Origin: Planctomycetota bacterium
Lineage (GTDB): Bacteria > Planctomycetota > UBA11346
Reading direction: 5' to 3'
DNA: 64,000 bases
Assembly (NCBI GenBank): GCA_013816485.1
Contig: JACDEI010000010.1
Span: 54,854-118,853 of the forward strand
Under the pieces are notes generated by a model, which saw nothing but the letters and a program-made list of their open reading frames with translations, was not told where the DNA came from and ran no database searches. This document shows, one piece after another, positions 49,001 through 58,121 of this stretch. Each line of letters begins with the position of its first letter. Position 1 is the first letter of the stretch. Both the position numbers and the translations under genes were made by a program.

Positions 49001-51315
49001 TGCGCCATCCACCGGCGGTGCGTGCGCTGGGTATCATCGCTTGGAGCGCGTTGGCCAAGGACCCCCGCGCCCGTGCCTGGGAACGCCAATGCCGCGCCCT
49101 GCACGATCTGCGGCGTCACCACGGTGACACGCCGGCGGTGGTCGCGTTGGCGAAGGATCTGTCGGCGGCAGTGCAGTCGTTCGCAGAGAAGGTAGGCATC
49201 GAATCCGCCCACGCCGATGCGGCGGGTCGTTACCTGGTCGAGGAGCTTGGCGAGGAGCCGCGTACGCACCTGGTGAAAAGCGGCGCCGCGGCGGATCTGG
49301 AAAAGCACTTCCTCGATCACCTGCGTGTCCTCGGTGCCGTCGATGCGCTGCGCGACGATCTGCGCGCGTTGCATGACGATCCGGTGGCCGCGCTCCGTCT
49401 GGCGCGCGCGTGGCTCGACGCCTTCATCGCCAAACAGGCGCCAACCCAGGCAGACCTTGCACCGGAAATCGCCGCGTGGCTGGTGGTCGGTGACAATCTG
49501 CCCTGTGAAGTGGTCCATGCCCGCACGCAGGTCGACCTCGACGCGTTGCTCGGTCAGCATCCGCGCATCGCCGAACGCAAACTGACGCTGCACATCGACG
49601 AGTTCGAAGCGCGCTTGCACCACTTCGCCACCGCCGTCGTTCCGGCTTTCCGCAGCTACCAGGAAACCCGCCGCCGTCTGCTGGAACGCGAACGCACCAT
49701 GCTGCGCATCGACGAACTCAAACCGCGCGTGCTCACTAGCTTCGTGCGCAACAAGTTGGTGAACGAGGTCTACCTGCCGCTCATCGGCGACAACCTCGCC
49801 AAACAGATGGGTGCACTCGGCGCCAGCAGGCGCACCGACCTGATGGGTATGCTGCTGCTCATCAGTCCACCTGGGTACGGCAAGACCACGCTGATCGAAT
49901 ACGTCGCCGCGGTGCTCGGTCTCGCGTTCGTGAAGATCAACGGCCCCGCGCTCGGCCATGAGGTCACCTCGGTGGACCCCGGCGCCGCGCCCAACGCCGC
50001 CGCCCGCCAGGAACTGGAAAAGCTCAATCTCGCCCTGGAGATGGGCAACAACATCGTGCTGATGATCGACGACATCCAGCACACCAGCCCGGAACTGCTG
50101 CAGAAATTCATTTCGCTCTGCGATGGCAGTCGGCGTATGGAAGGCGTGTGGCGGGGACGTGCGCGCACCTACGACCTGCGTGGCAAGAAGGTCGTGGTGG
50201 TGATGGCGGGCAACCCGTACACCGAATCCGGTGAGCAGTTCAAGATCCCCGACATGCTCGCCAACCGCGCCGACACCTACAACCTCGGCGACATTCTTGG
50301 CGGCCACGGCGAGGCCTTCGCGCTCAGCTACATCGAAAACGCCCTCACGGCGAATCCCGTGCTCGCTACGCTCGCCGGCCGGCCACAGCACGATCTCTAC
50401 CGCCTGTTGCGCATCACCGAAGGCGATGACGCAGTGCGCAGCGAACTGGAACATCCGTACTCCGCGCTAGAGATCGGCGATGTCACCGCGGTGCTGAAGC
50501 ACCTCAAACGCGTGCAGCAGATCCTGGGTCAGGTGAACGCGACCTACATCGCCAGCGCCGCCACGTCGGACGCCTACCGCGTCGAGCCGCCGTTCAAACT
50601 CCAGGGTTCCTACCGCAACATGGCCAAGATCGCGGCCAAGGTCGTGCCGCTGATGACCAGTGATGAACTGGAACAGATCATCCGTGACCACTACGCCGGT
50701 GAATCGCAGACGCTCACCACCGGCGCGGAAGCCAACTTGCTCAAGTTCAAGGCCATGAGCGGTACGCATACGCCGACCGAAGCCGCGCGCTGGGCCGACA
50801 TCTGCAAGATCTACACCCGTCGCCAGGAGCTCTCCGGCGCGGACGATCCCGCATCGAAGGCGGTCGTGCAGTTGGCCAAGGTTTCGGATCAGCTCGGTGA
50901 ATTGCGCGCGGTGGTGCATGCGGCGGGCACCGCTGCTGCCAATGCTGCCACCGTCGCGCATGATCGCGGTGTCGACGAGCGACGGGCGCAGGCGAAACAC
51001 CTGGAGTCGCTCGTCGAACGTCTCGCCAGCGGATTGGAAGCGCTCAAGAACACGACGATGGCGGCCCCCACCGTCATCCCGGCGCCGAAGGTCGAGATCA
51101 TCAACACCCTGCCGAAGTACTACGCCAACCTCTACGCCCAGCAGATCCAGGTGATCGAGAAGACCCTGATCCCGGCGGTCGAAGCCATCGGCGCGGTGAT
51201 CGGTCAGACGCTCAATGCGCGCGAACACCTGGGTGGCATCGCCAACGAACTGCGAGCGTTGATGGCGAGACAGGCGAAGTCGGAAGTGATCGAAGGGCGT
51301 CCAGAAGCGGAATGA
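46024..51315 (+). CDS. Giant (1763-aa) multidomain protein. It has a ~480-aa beta-rich N-terminal region and a long helical or coiled-coil middle. A single AAA+ ATPase module sits at about residues 1270-1420, followed by a ~340-aa helical C-terminal region. Family not recognised.
   Basis: Walker A LLLISPPGYGKTTLIEYVA. Walker B NIVLMIDDIQHTSPELL. Sensor/Arg region VVVVMAGNPYTESGEQFKIPDMLANRADTYNLGD. The N-terminus has beta-strand-like YVYNKLTHEAVRIDAIGQSC and VYVILRYNLITRSV segments. Confidence 0.8.
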   Translation: MVDTPPLNAALDAGTYEVVRKRLDSVAAELLTEVSGLNERRLSVFGASATTLLATEHLRTDHNCVPRDIVAVGDRLILGYQVHMGLKSTTGVGDVFMEVRYGDNTFHPVERSLFTGAAFEKDFAEIFQYYKDARLLQLKRTDTHVLAAFQTGQRISDLRVMRWALSKDRTSCIYVDNRGAPDFVLPPSHDFTWVRTTRDNHVQGSHPHVNVLDTVFVESIHGDVTIKIENNTTTGAGILNDPVKDPHQGMDDAEISYADLDTVILLKVRPYRENEFRYYVYNKLTHEAVRIDAIGQSCQQLPEGHGFIFPGGYYLANGEHKIFPQDFSGMQFVRALRAPNGEDLAYIYHEENDGVYVILRYNLITRSVDQPQVCNGYSLFADGRLALFRAQPEPTRLHAMQVWQTPFASDEHVGASPVRDSPLGRIGNRDLVRGISDLRNLHRLITNQKPTREAYAELLKQVVRISDSYHWLGGAEAGRLSTLIGQVKDGVNAAIGEFEKVLQLTAQAASHIAGLEAAAKELLRTQALETKATIDDYVRPLTELRRQRGAVESARGIRYADGTRLDALDQRLASAAQELSASAVEFLMRPEALDSYQSELAASENLVPTIATVVDGKAPRERVDTLAGGLDLLVETVNGLEIADANARTAILERISAVYAALNRVRALLEARRRELGAKEGKAGFAAQLSLLAQAVGNAIALSDTPEKCDEFLGKLMLQLEELEGRFAEVDTFVAELTTKREEIYESFSARKQALMDERQRRADGLGNAADRVIAGIVRRAKTFAVLDELNAYFASDPMVLKARSVITELRALGATVKADDAEGRIKAAREDGVRALRDRSELYDGEAIKLGRHRFSVNTQTLDLTMLPRADAEGRTGMWFHLTGTDYFAPVEDATFAATNGFWQQEIVAETPQIYRGEYLAWQVLTAAEAGTNGLSSAKLKEAALTREALMTVVRTIAGEFYDHGYDRGIHDHDAALILEAVLHLRETCGLLRHPPAVRALGIIAWSALAKDPRARAWERQCRALHDLRRHHGDTPAVVALAKDLSAAVQSFAEKVGIESAHADAAGRYLVEELGEEPRTHLVKSGAAADLEKHFLDHLRVLGAVDALRDDLRALHDDPVAALRLARAWLDAFIAKQAPTQADLAPEIAAWLVVGDNLPCEVVHARTQVDLDALLGQHPRIAERKLTLHIDEFEARLHHFATAVVPAFRSYQETRRRLLERERTMLRIDELKPRVLTSFVRNKLVNEVYLPLIGDNLAKQMGALGASRRTDLMGMLLLISPPGYGKTTLIEYVAAVLGLAFVKINGPALGHEVTSVDPGAAPNAAARQELEKLNLALEMGNNIVLMIDDIQHTSPELLQKFISLCDGSRRMEGVWRGRARTYDLRGKKVVVVMAGNPYTESGEQFKIPDMLANRADTYNLGDILGGHGEAFALSYIENALTANPVLATLAGRPQHDLYRLLRITEGDDAVRSELEHPYSALEIGDVTAVLKHLKRVQQILGQVNATYIASAATSDAYRVEPPFKLQGSYRNMAKIAAKVVPLMTSDELEQIIRDHYAGESQTLTTGAEANLLKFKAMSGTHTPTEAARWADICKIYTRRQELSGADDPASKAVVQLAKVSDQLGELRAVVHAAGTAAANAATVAHDRGVDERRAQAKHLESLVERLASGLEALKNTTMAAPTVIPAPKVEIINTLPKYYANLYAQQIQVIEKTLIPAVEAIGAVIGQTLNAREHLGGIANELRALMARQAKSEVIEGRPEAE

Positions 51316-51349
51316 TGCGGATCGGGTGGGTGCCCGACCCGCACGGTGG

Positions 51350-52186
51350 TCATTCCCGCACGGTCACGGTGATGCCCGGACGGACGAGGGCGAAGACCAG
51401 CGCGATGTCCTCCTGCACCATCCGCACACAGCCGTGGCTGCCATTTTTCTCCAGCCACTGCGCCGGTTCCGCGCCGGTGAAGCCGTGGATGCCGATGCCC
51501 TTGAAGTGGTTGTCGGCGCGCGCTTCGAAGCCGATCCAGTAGCCGCCGAGGATATTCTCGGGATCGTCGGGTTTGAGGATCTTGCCGGTGTCGGGATTAC
51601 GCCATTCGGGATTACGCACGCATTGCCGCACGGTGGTGGCGCCGAGCGGTGTCGGCGAGCTATCGCGGCCCAAACCGCAGCGGAAAGCTCCGAGGAGCGT
51701 GGTGCCGCGCCAGATCATCAGGCGGTAGGCAGAGCGCGAGACCACCACTTCGAGCGGCACGCTGGCGAGATCGAGCACCGCGACCTGCTGACCGATCGAC
51801 AGCGCCTTGGGTTCGAGGCCAGGGTTCATGCGCTGGATCAGTTCGATGCTCGTGCGGTACCGCCGCGCGAGGATGCTCGGAGTCTCGCCCGCGGCGATGA
51901 TATGGGTGCGAACGCCGCAACGATCACGCAGGGGGAGGGCGTCGCTGAAGAGACGGCGACAGAACGGCGCCACGCGGTCGCCGAGGGCGATGGCCTCGGC
52001 CGGCGGCAAGGTCGGCAAGGTGGTGCTGACCAGTTCGATGAGCGGCACCACGGCGGCCGGATCAGTGCTGGCGTCGCTGAACTGCTGGTCGAGATCGGCG
52101 CCTTGCGCCAACGCGACGGTGGCGAGCACCAGCAGGCAGCTGGCCACGCGGATCGCCACTCCTCGCATGTCACGCGGGCGGATCAT
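51350..52186 (-). CDS. L,D-transpeptidase (YkuD domain) with a LysM domain and a signal peptide.
   Basis: LysM: IIAAGETPSILARRYRTSIELIQRMNPGLEPKALSIGQQVAVLD. Catalytic GIHGFTGAEPAQWLEKNGSHGCVRM. ATG at 52186 checked. Confidence 0.75.
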   Translation of the reverse strand: MIRPRDMRGVAIRVASCLLVLATVALAQGADLDQQFSDASTDPAAVVPLIELVSTTLPTLPPAEAIALGDRVAPFCRRLFSDALPLRDRCGVRTHIIAAGETPSILARRYRTSIELIQRMNPGLEPKALSIGQQVAVLDLASVPLEVVVSRSAYRLMIWRGTTLLGAFRCGLGRDSSPTPLGATTVRQCVRNPEWRNPDTGKILKPDDPENILGGYWIGFEARADNHFKGIGIHGFTGAEPAQWLEKNGSHGCVRMVQEDIALVFALVRPGITVTVRE

Positions 52187-52839
52187 CGTTTGCGCCGCAG
52201 GTCGTTGCCGTCCTTGCGCGTCTGTTTGGCCTGCTCCTGGTGGCTGTAACGTTCTTCGCCTGGGCCCCACGGATCGCCATGGTTGTGGTAGCCGTTCACT
52301 TCCCAGAAGCCGCGGCGGTCTTGCGTCAGTAGTTCGAAACCGTTGACCCACTTCGCGCCTTTCCACGCCCACAATTTCGGCACCACCACGCGTGCCGGGC
52401 CGCCGTGTTCGACATCCAGCGGTTCGCCATCGGCTTCGGTGACGACCAACGCATCGCTGTCGAGCACATCGGCGAGCGCGGTGTTGGTGGTGTAACCGCC
52501 GTAGCCGTGTTGCATGACGTGGGTGCACCCCGCGTTTGGCTTGGCCAACGCCAACAGATCACGCACACGGTAGCCGCCCCATACGAAGTCGTAACGCGAC
52601 CAAGTAGTGACGCAGTGCATGTCCGCTTGCACGCGCACGAACGGCAGTGCTTGGAGGCCAGCCCAATCGAGTTCGATGGGATTCGCACACGCGCCCCAGA
52701 TGCGCATGTGCCACTGCTCGGTGCTCACCTGTGGCGTTGGGCCGTAGGTCAGGACCGGCCACTTGGTGGTGTTGTATTGGCCGTCCGGCAGGCGTGGTTT
52801 ATCCGCTGGATGCGTCTGGATGCGTTCGACGTTGCTCAC
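52183..52839 (-). CDS. Sulfite-oxidase-family molybdopterin oxidoreductase, short YuiH-like form.
   Basis: HCVTTWSRYDFVWGGYRVRDLL...DGEPLDVEHGGPARVVVPKLWAWKGAKWVNGFEL. Confidence 0.65.
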   Translation of the reverse strand: MSNVERIQTHPADKPRLPDGQYNTTKWPVLTYGPTPQVSTEQWHMRIWGACANPIELDWAGLQALPFVRVQADMHCVTTWSRYDFVWGGYRVRDLLALAKPNAGCTHVMQHGYGGYTTNTALADVLDSDALVVTEADGEPLDVEHGGPARVVVPKLWAWKGAKWVNGFELLTQDRRGFWEVNGYHNHGDPWGPGEERYSHQEQAKQTRKDGNDLRRKR

Positions 52840-53192
52840 GCTGTCTGCACCTTGGTCTCAGGCACGCAGATCAGGAAGGGCTCGGCCCACTGCGTCGCAT
52901 CAGCGAGCGACCACACCACTTGTCCCGCCTGATCCGGTGCGGCGATGCGTGCCAAGCGGAGGCCGTGATCGCCGCCGGTGACGAGGCGTGCCGGACCATC
53001 GCCGCTTTCTTCAATAGGGGTGTACTGCGCTGCGGCGGGGCCATCCTTCCAGCCGGTGACCGCACACCAATGCCACTGCCCATCACCGAGATCGAGGTGC
53101 ACCGCCGTGATGGCATGCCCAGGCCCGGTGACGTTGAACGTCGCCATCACCGCCTCGTCGAGGTTGTCATTGGGTTCAATATCAATGTACAT
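52836..53192 (-). CDS. Hypothetical protein (118 aa) translationally coupled to the Mo-oxidoreductase gene (4-nt overlap).
   Basis: An ORF only. No family recognised. Confidence 0.4.
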   Translation of the reverse strand: MYIDIEPNDNLDEAVMATFNVTGPGHAITAVHLDLGDGQWHWCAVTGWKDGPAAAQYTPIEESGDGPARLVTGGDHGLRLARIAAPDQAGQVVWSLADATQWAEPFLICVPETKVQTA

Positions 53193-53193
53193 G

Positions 53194-54132
53194 TCAGGCC
53201 TTCGGCGGCAGAGCTTCTAACGGATTCTTGAGCAGGCTTAAGCCGTGGATCCTCCACGGCTCCACGCGACGGGTCGTCGGCGCGCTACGTTTCTTGAAGC
53301 GCTTATGCTGCCAGAAGTACTGGCCGGGGACCGCACTGACCATCGCGCCGAGCAGGTCCATCGACGCCTGCGTCAACGCGCTCTCGTCGCCGGCGTCCGC
53401 GGCCAGCGGGCGTCCGATCACCAAGCAGAATTCGCCAGCGCGGCGACGGACGCACAGGCCAGGGACGATCGGTACACGGGCCTTCTTGGCGAAGAATGCC
53501 GGTCCGGCATGGCAGTCGGTCTCTATGCCCATGAACACCGCACGCGCACCTTCCTCATTGGTTGGTGCCTGATCGGCCATCAGGCCGACGGGGCAGCCAT
53601 TGCGTAGTCCGCGCAGGGCCTGCACCGCTGTGGTGCGATCACCACGGCGCGTCAGCAGCACGGTGATGCCGGCTTTGGCGCGCTGGGCGTTGGTGGCGGC
53701 ATCGACCGCCTCGTTGTGCTGGGCCTTGGCGTAGGCGAAAAATTTCTCCAGTAGGCGTGCGAGCCCGTGCGCGCCCAGATCCCAGTTACCCAGATGCGGC
53801 GTCAGGAACACGCAGCCGGGATGACGGCGCAGCACCAGCGCCAGCCAAGCCGGATTGCTGGTCGTCAGGTGGCGTTCACCACCATCGACACCGCCGATGG
53901 TCCACAGTTCGGTGAAACTCGCCCCCATGCTGGCGTAGGAGCGCCGGACCACGTCGCGTCGCTGGGTTCCACGCAGGCCAAGCGTGGCATGCGCACAACC
54001 GCTCGCCACCCCACGGCGCACGCCGAGGTGGAACACCAGCACGCCGAGACTGCCGCCAAGCCGGCTGGCGGTATCGACCGCCAGCCCGGACAACGCGCGC
54101 AGCAACGGCAGCATGATCCAACGGGTGAGCAT
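53194..54132 (-). CDS. Lipid A biosynthesis lauroyl/myristoyl acyltransferase family protein (LpxL/HtrB-like).
   Basis: HLGNWDLGAHGLARLL (HX4D-type acyltransferase motif region), GLMADQAPTNEEG, WQHKRFKKR C-terminal tail. Start at 54132 (MLTRWIMLPLL). The 491-aa ORF extension is rejected. Confidence 0.7.
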   Translation of the reverse strand: MLTRWIMLPLLRALSGLAVDTASRLGGSLGVLVFHLGVRRGVASGCAHATLGLRGTQRRDVVRRSYASMGASFTELWTIGGVDGGERHLTTSNPAWLALVLRRHPGCVFLTPHLGNWDLGAHGLARLLEKFFAYAKAQHNEAVDAATNAQRAKAGITVLLTRRGDRTTAVQALRGLRNGCPVGLMADQAPTNEEGARAVFMGIETDCHAGPAFFAKKARVPIVPGLCVRRRAGEFCLVIGRPLAADAGDESALTQASMDLLGAMVSAVPGQYFWQHKRFKKRSAPTTRRVEPWRIHGLSLLKNPLEALPPKA

Positions 54133-54152
54133 GGGGCGGCAATGTCGGCAAA

Positions 54153-54273
54153 GTCCGGAAGTCCGGAAGTCCGGAAGTCCGGAAGTCCGTCCTGAGGAAG
54201 CGTCGAACAGGATCGGAAGCGCAACCGCGACAGCTCCGGCCACGAGACTTCCGGACTTCCGGACTTCCGGACC
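54153..54273. repeat. GTCCGGA-type tandem-octamer inverted-repeat element: (GTCCGGAA)x4, spacer, then (GACTTCCG)x3. It lies 21 nt upstream of the acyltransferase start and is followed by (CCCCAT)x3 at 54281-54302.
   Basis: Left arm gtccggaagtccggaagtccggaagtccggaagtccg. Right arm gacttccggacttccggacttccggacc, which is its reverse complement. Confidence 0.8.
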
Positions 54274-54430
54274 GTGGCAATCCCATCCCCATCCCCATCC
54301 CATACCCGCCCCACATGCCATCCGGGCGCATTTGGCATGCCGTTGGCCCACTGCGCTTGTCAGAATGCACTCGCCCGCTAGGTTCCGCCGCCCGCAAAAG
54401 GCCGCATCGCAGCGGCGACTGGAGCATGTC

Positions 54431-54679
54431 ATGGCCATCAAGCGCGTCTGGATCGAAGAAGGCTGCATCGTCTGCAATGCCTGCGAGACCACCTGTCCCG
54501 AGGTCTTCAACGTCACCGAAGACAGCTGCCACATCCGTGCCGAGGTGCGCACCGATGGCAAGCAGACCACCAATCTGACGGAGCGCAGCGACCTCAGCGG
54601 ATCGTTCGGCGACGAACTGGCCGACCAGATCCAGGAAGCCGCCGAAGGCTGCCCGGTCGAGGTCATCAAGTTCGAATAA
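54431..54679 (+). CDS. Small [4Fe-4S] ferredoxin.
   Basis: CIVCNACETTCP plus a distal EGCPVEVI cysteine. Length 82 aa. Confidence 0.75.
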   Translation: MAIKRVWIEEGCIVCNACETTCPEVFNVTEDSCHIRAEVRTDGKQTTNLTERSDLSGSFGDELADQIQEAAEGCPVEVIKFE

Positions 54680-54921
54680 GGCGCTCAGTAGCTGCTCCGC
54701 CACTGACGGTGGCAGCGGTCCTGTCTGAAAACCACGCGAGGGTCGGGACCTGGGTTCCGGCCCTCCTTTGTTGGCGCTGGTGTTGGCGCTGACCGCGTTG
54801 GCACTGCTCGTGGCGACTCAGCGTCTCGCGGGTTTCCCCGTCAGCTCGCACGCGCCGATGTCGAGGCACTTGCCCGTTGGACGGCAGCCATCGTATCGAC
54901 GGCGCTCATCAGCCGCTGGTC

Positions 54922-55392
54922 TCAGGGAGGGGATGGTTTGCCTGTGGCTGTCGCCGATGTGTGGTCACACGGCGCCGCCGCTCCCGTCGCCATCAGGTGG
55001 TCGAGAGCCCACGCTTCCATCATCCGTACTAGCCCCAGCTTCGGCGGCCGTGGATGGCCACCACGATCAATTGATCGCGCGAGCACGGCGGCGACGGCCA
55101 GCAGGTGCGCGGTGTCGAAGGGCCATGAGAGCGGATGGTTGTCGGTCAGGTGCAACGGACCACGGTCGAGGAGCGCACGTGCGGCACGCGGTTTTCCCCG
55201 TGCCAGGTGATGGCACACCGCCGTCAGTTGGATCATGCCCTTGAGGTAATGCCGGTGCAGATCGAGATGCGCTTTCCACGCGCGTTCCCAATGTTCGTGT
55301 GCATCCCAGTAGTGGCCCGCGTCATAGCAGGCGGCACCAGTGCGCACATCGTTCCACCAGGTCGGAGGCGCGGAAAACGCCGCTGGTTTCAT
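54922..55392 (-). CDS. DUF309-like protein (HEHWE motif).
   Basis: YWDAHEHWERAWK. The start is uncertain (55392 or 55458). Confidence 0.55.
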   Translation of the reverse strand: MKPAAFSAPPTWWNDVRTGAACYDAGHYWDAHEHWERAWKAHLDLHRHYLKGMIQLTAVCHHLARGKPRAARALLDRGPLHLTDNHPLSWPFDTAHLLAVAAVLARSIDRGGHPRPPKLGLVRMMEAWALDHLMATGAAAPCDHTSATATGKPSPP

Positions 55393-55417
55393 ATGGCGGG
55401 CAACGGTCGCTGGTGAT

Positions 55418-56161
55418 TCAGGGCTTCGGTTTGCCCTGCGGCTTGTCGCCCGGGTCAACCGGCGCGTTGACGTTTCCCGGGTTCAGCTTGGCGTCCGGCT
55501 GGTTGCCGATGGTGATCGGCTCCTTGGCGGTTTTGTCGCTGACGATGTCGATCTTGATCTGGATGTTGAACTCGCCCTTGGGATACTGCTTTTTGAACTC
55601 GGCAACCGCTGCGGGCATGTTGTCCTCGATCTCCTTGAGCATCTTCAGCATGTCGGCTAGGGAGAGTTCCTTGGCGCGGCGTTCGTCCTGCTGTTTACGC
55701 AGGGCGAGCACTTCTTCGCGCAGCTTGGCGATGTCGGTGTTGATGCTGGCAACCTGCGGGCGCACGGCGATCTGGCCCTTGAGCGTCAGCTTGTCCTGGG
55801 CTGTGCCGTTCACACGCGTCAGGTCGACGGAGATCTCGTCACCGACCTTGGTCTTGCCGATCGCCGCGGCGAGGTCGGCTTCGGCACTGAGCTTGGCACC
55901 ATTGAAGGTGCGCAGCAGATCGCCGACCTGCACGCCCATGGTCGCGGCGGTGCTGCCAGGAATGACGGCGGAGACCGGCAAGCCCTGCGAGGGATCGAAG
56001 TTCGAGGCGTTCTCGTCGACCTTAACACCCAGGAAGGGTTTTGGCGCGGCGTTCACCACCACCGGCTTCGGGGTGACCGGTGTGACGGGTGCTGGCGCAT
56101 CGCCGGCAATGAGCGCGAGCGGCATGAACAAGGTGAAAACCAAGGCGACGAGACGGAGCAT
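55418..56161 (-). CDS. Periplasmic PDZ-domain protein.
   Basis: Signal [23 protein letters not shown]: LGVKVDENAS...GLPVSAVIPGSTAATMGVQVGDLLRTFNGAKL. Confidence 0.6.
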   Translation of the reverse strand: MLRLVALVFTLFMPLALIAGDAPAPVTPVTPKPVVVNAAPKPFLGVKVDENASNFDPSQGLPVSAVIPGSTAATMGVQVGDLLRTFNGAKLSAEADLAAAIGKTKVGDEISVDLTRVNGTAQDKLTLKGQIAVRPQVASINTDIAKLREEVLALRKQQDERRAKELSLADMLKMLKEIEDNMPAAVAEFKKQYPKGEFNIQIKIDIVSDKTAKEPITIGNQPDAKLNPGNVNAPVDPGDKPQGKPKP

Positions 56162-56949
56162 CAGAGTGGTTCCTGCGCGGGACGGAGGGAGAGGAGATTC
56201 CAGGTGAAATGCCAGTTGCGTGCATCGACCGCCGTTGGCGTGGTCGGTGCACCGGGCGCTGATTCGCTAGCCGCTGATTCCATAGCAGCAGTGGGCACGT
56301 CCTGTCCGGGTACGCCAGCGATGCCATAACGGAAACGCCACGCGATTGGCTGGCCGTCGGGACCGACGAGCGGTTTGGCTTGTACGCCGAGGATGCCGTC
56401 GTCTTGGTTCGCCGCATTGGTGGCTGCCTTGGCGGCCAGTTCCTGCGCCTGATTGCGGAGCTGCTCGACCTCGTCCTGCATGCGCGCGAGGCGGCGTTCC
56501 TGCCATTCACGGAAACGCTGCTCCATCGCCGGATCGATCGGATCGTAGGGGATGTTTGCCGGCCACGGCTGGAACTGGCCGATGGTCGACTGTTCCTGGC
56601 CGCCGCGCTGGATGGTGACCTCGACCGGATCACCGACCTGATTGAGTGCGACTTCGTTTCGCAGGTCGCTCATGCTGCCGATCGGCGCGCCGTTGACGCT
56701 GGTGATAACGTCGCCGGGTTGCAGGCCCATGGTCTGGGCGGCGGTGTTGCCGTAGACGCTTTGGACGTAGACGCCCTGGTTGGGGGCCAGGCCCTGCTGT
56801 TCCTGCACCGACAACGGCACCGGCGTCATCTGCACGCCGAGCATCGGACGGTTTTCAGGATTCTGGGCGGCCTCGTAGCCGCTCTGCGCGGCGAAGGCCG
56901 GCGCGGACAGCGAGACGAGGGTCAGCAGGGTGGCGGCGAGGCGCATGGG
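56161..56949 (-). CDS. Periplasmic PDZ-domain protein, a paralog of the downstream gene.
   Basis: Signal [22 protein letters not shown]: [10 protein letters not shown]...[33 protein letters not shown]. Confidence 0.6.
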   Translation of the reverse strand, partial: PMRLAATLLTLVSLSAPAFAAQSGYEAAQNPENRPMLGVQMTPVPLSVQEQQGLAPNQGVYVQSVYGNTAAQTMGLQPGDVITSVNGAPIGSMSDLRNEVALNQVGDPVEVTIQRGGQEQSTIGQFQPWPANIPYDPIDPAMEQRFREWQERRLARMQDEVEQLRNQAQELAAKAATNAANQDDGILGVQAKPLVGPDGQPIAWRFRYGIAGVPGQDVPTAAMESAASESAPGAPTTPTAVDARNWHFTWNLLSLRPAQEPL

Positions 56950-57170
56950 AACTCCAGCGGACATACAGTGGGACGGACCATAGGGCCTGCCCTGACCGGG
57001 CAAACCCTGGGATGGGGCCACGTACAACGGAGTCGCACGCAGCCCAGGTTGAGTCAGCAGCAAGGTCTGCGCGGGAAGCGCTGTCCCGGACTTGTCCGAT
57101 GCTGTTCAACCGACGCAGGTATCACCAGGGAGAGGGCAAACAGGGACCTACCGGCGATCCTGGCCCGAAT

Positions 57171-58112
57171 TCAGGCCCCGTCGGCGCTGAAGATGGCTTC
57201 GATGAAGGCGTCGGGATCGAATGGCTGCAGGTCTTCGATCTTTTCGCCTACGCCGATGAAGCGCACGGGCAGTTTCAGTTCACGGCGGATGGTGATGGTC
57301 ACTCCACCCTTGGCCGTGCCGTCGAGCTTGGTTAGCACCAGGCCAGTGACGCCCATGGCGGCGCCGAAGACTTTAGCCTGCTGGATGGCGTTCTGGCCAG
57401 CCGTGGCGTCGAGCACCAGCAGGGTTTCGTGCGGTGCCGCTGGCAGGCGCTTCTGGATGACGCGGCGGATCTTCTCCAGCTCGCGCATCAGGTGTTCTTT
57501 GTTGTGCAGACGACCAGCGGTGTCGATCAGCACCAGATCAGCGCCACGCGATTCCGCCGCCGCCACTGCATCGAAGGCCACCGCGGCAGCATCACCGCCA
57601 TCGTGGGTCTTGACGATGTCGACGCCGGCGCGCTCGGCCCAGATCGACAACTGTTCGATCGCTGCGGCGCGGTAGGTGTCGCCAGCGGCGATCAGGACGT
57701 TCTTGCCCTGATCCTTGAAGCGCTTCGCCAGCTTGGCGATGGTGGTGGTCTTGCCGGCACCGTTGACGCCGACGATCAGCACCACGGTCGGACCGCTCGG
57801 TGCCCACGCCAGTTCCTGCTCGACCGGTGCTTGCAGCTCAGCACGCAAGCTGCGCTTCAAGAGGTCGAGCAGCTCCTCGCCTGGGGCCATCTCGCCGGCT
57901 TTGTATTTCGCCTTCAGTTCGGCGATGATCTCTTCGGTCTTGGCCACCCCGATGTCGGCCTGCAGCAGCGTGTCCTCCAACTGGTCGAGGAACGGCTGAT
58001 CGATTTTGCGGCCAAGGCCGATGAGTTTGCGTAGAGCCCCACCGACGACCGAGCGAGTCTTGGCGAGACCTTCTTTGATCTTGGTGAAGAAACGGCCGAG
58101 GGCTTTGAACAT
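57171..58112 (-). CDS. ftsY: Signal-recognition-particle receptor FtsY (NG domains only).
   Basis: [55 protein letters not shown]. Confidence 0.9.
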   Translation of the reverse strand: MFKALGRFFTKIKEGLAKTRSVVGGALRKLIGLGRKIDQPFLDQLEDTLLQADIGVAKTEEIIAELKAKYKAGEMAPGEELLDLLKRSLRAELQAPVEQELAWAPSGPTVVLIVGVNGAGKTTTIAKLAKRFKDQGKNVLIAAGDTYRAAAIEQLSIWAERAGVDIVKTHDGGDAAAVAFDAVAAAESRGADLVLIDTAGRLHNKEHLMRELEKIRRVIQKRLPAAPHETLLVLDATAGQNAIQQAKVFGAAMGVTGLVLTKLDGTAKGGVTITIRRELKLPVRFIGVGEKIEDLQPFDPDAFIEAIFSADGA

Positions 58113-58121
58113 GGCTTAACG

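Noticed and set aside
47284-50454. Two long minus-strand ORFs (47284-48585 and 48979-50454).
   Set aside because: Both lie antisense within the giant AAA+ gene. They are high-GC shadow ORFs without recognisable domains.
54133-54669. N-terminal 179 aa of the 491-aa minus ORF.
   Set aside because: Reads through the GTCCGGAA/CCCCAT repeat arrays, giving translation such as GWGWGWDCHGPEVRKSGS, and overlaps the ferredoxin gene. The acyltransferase homology starts at Met 54132.
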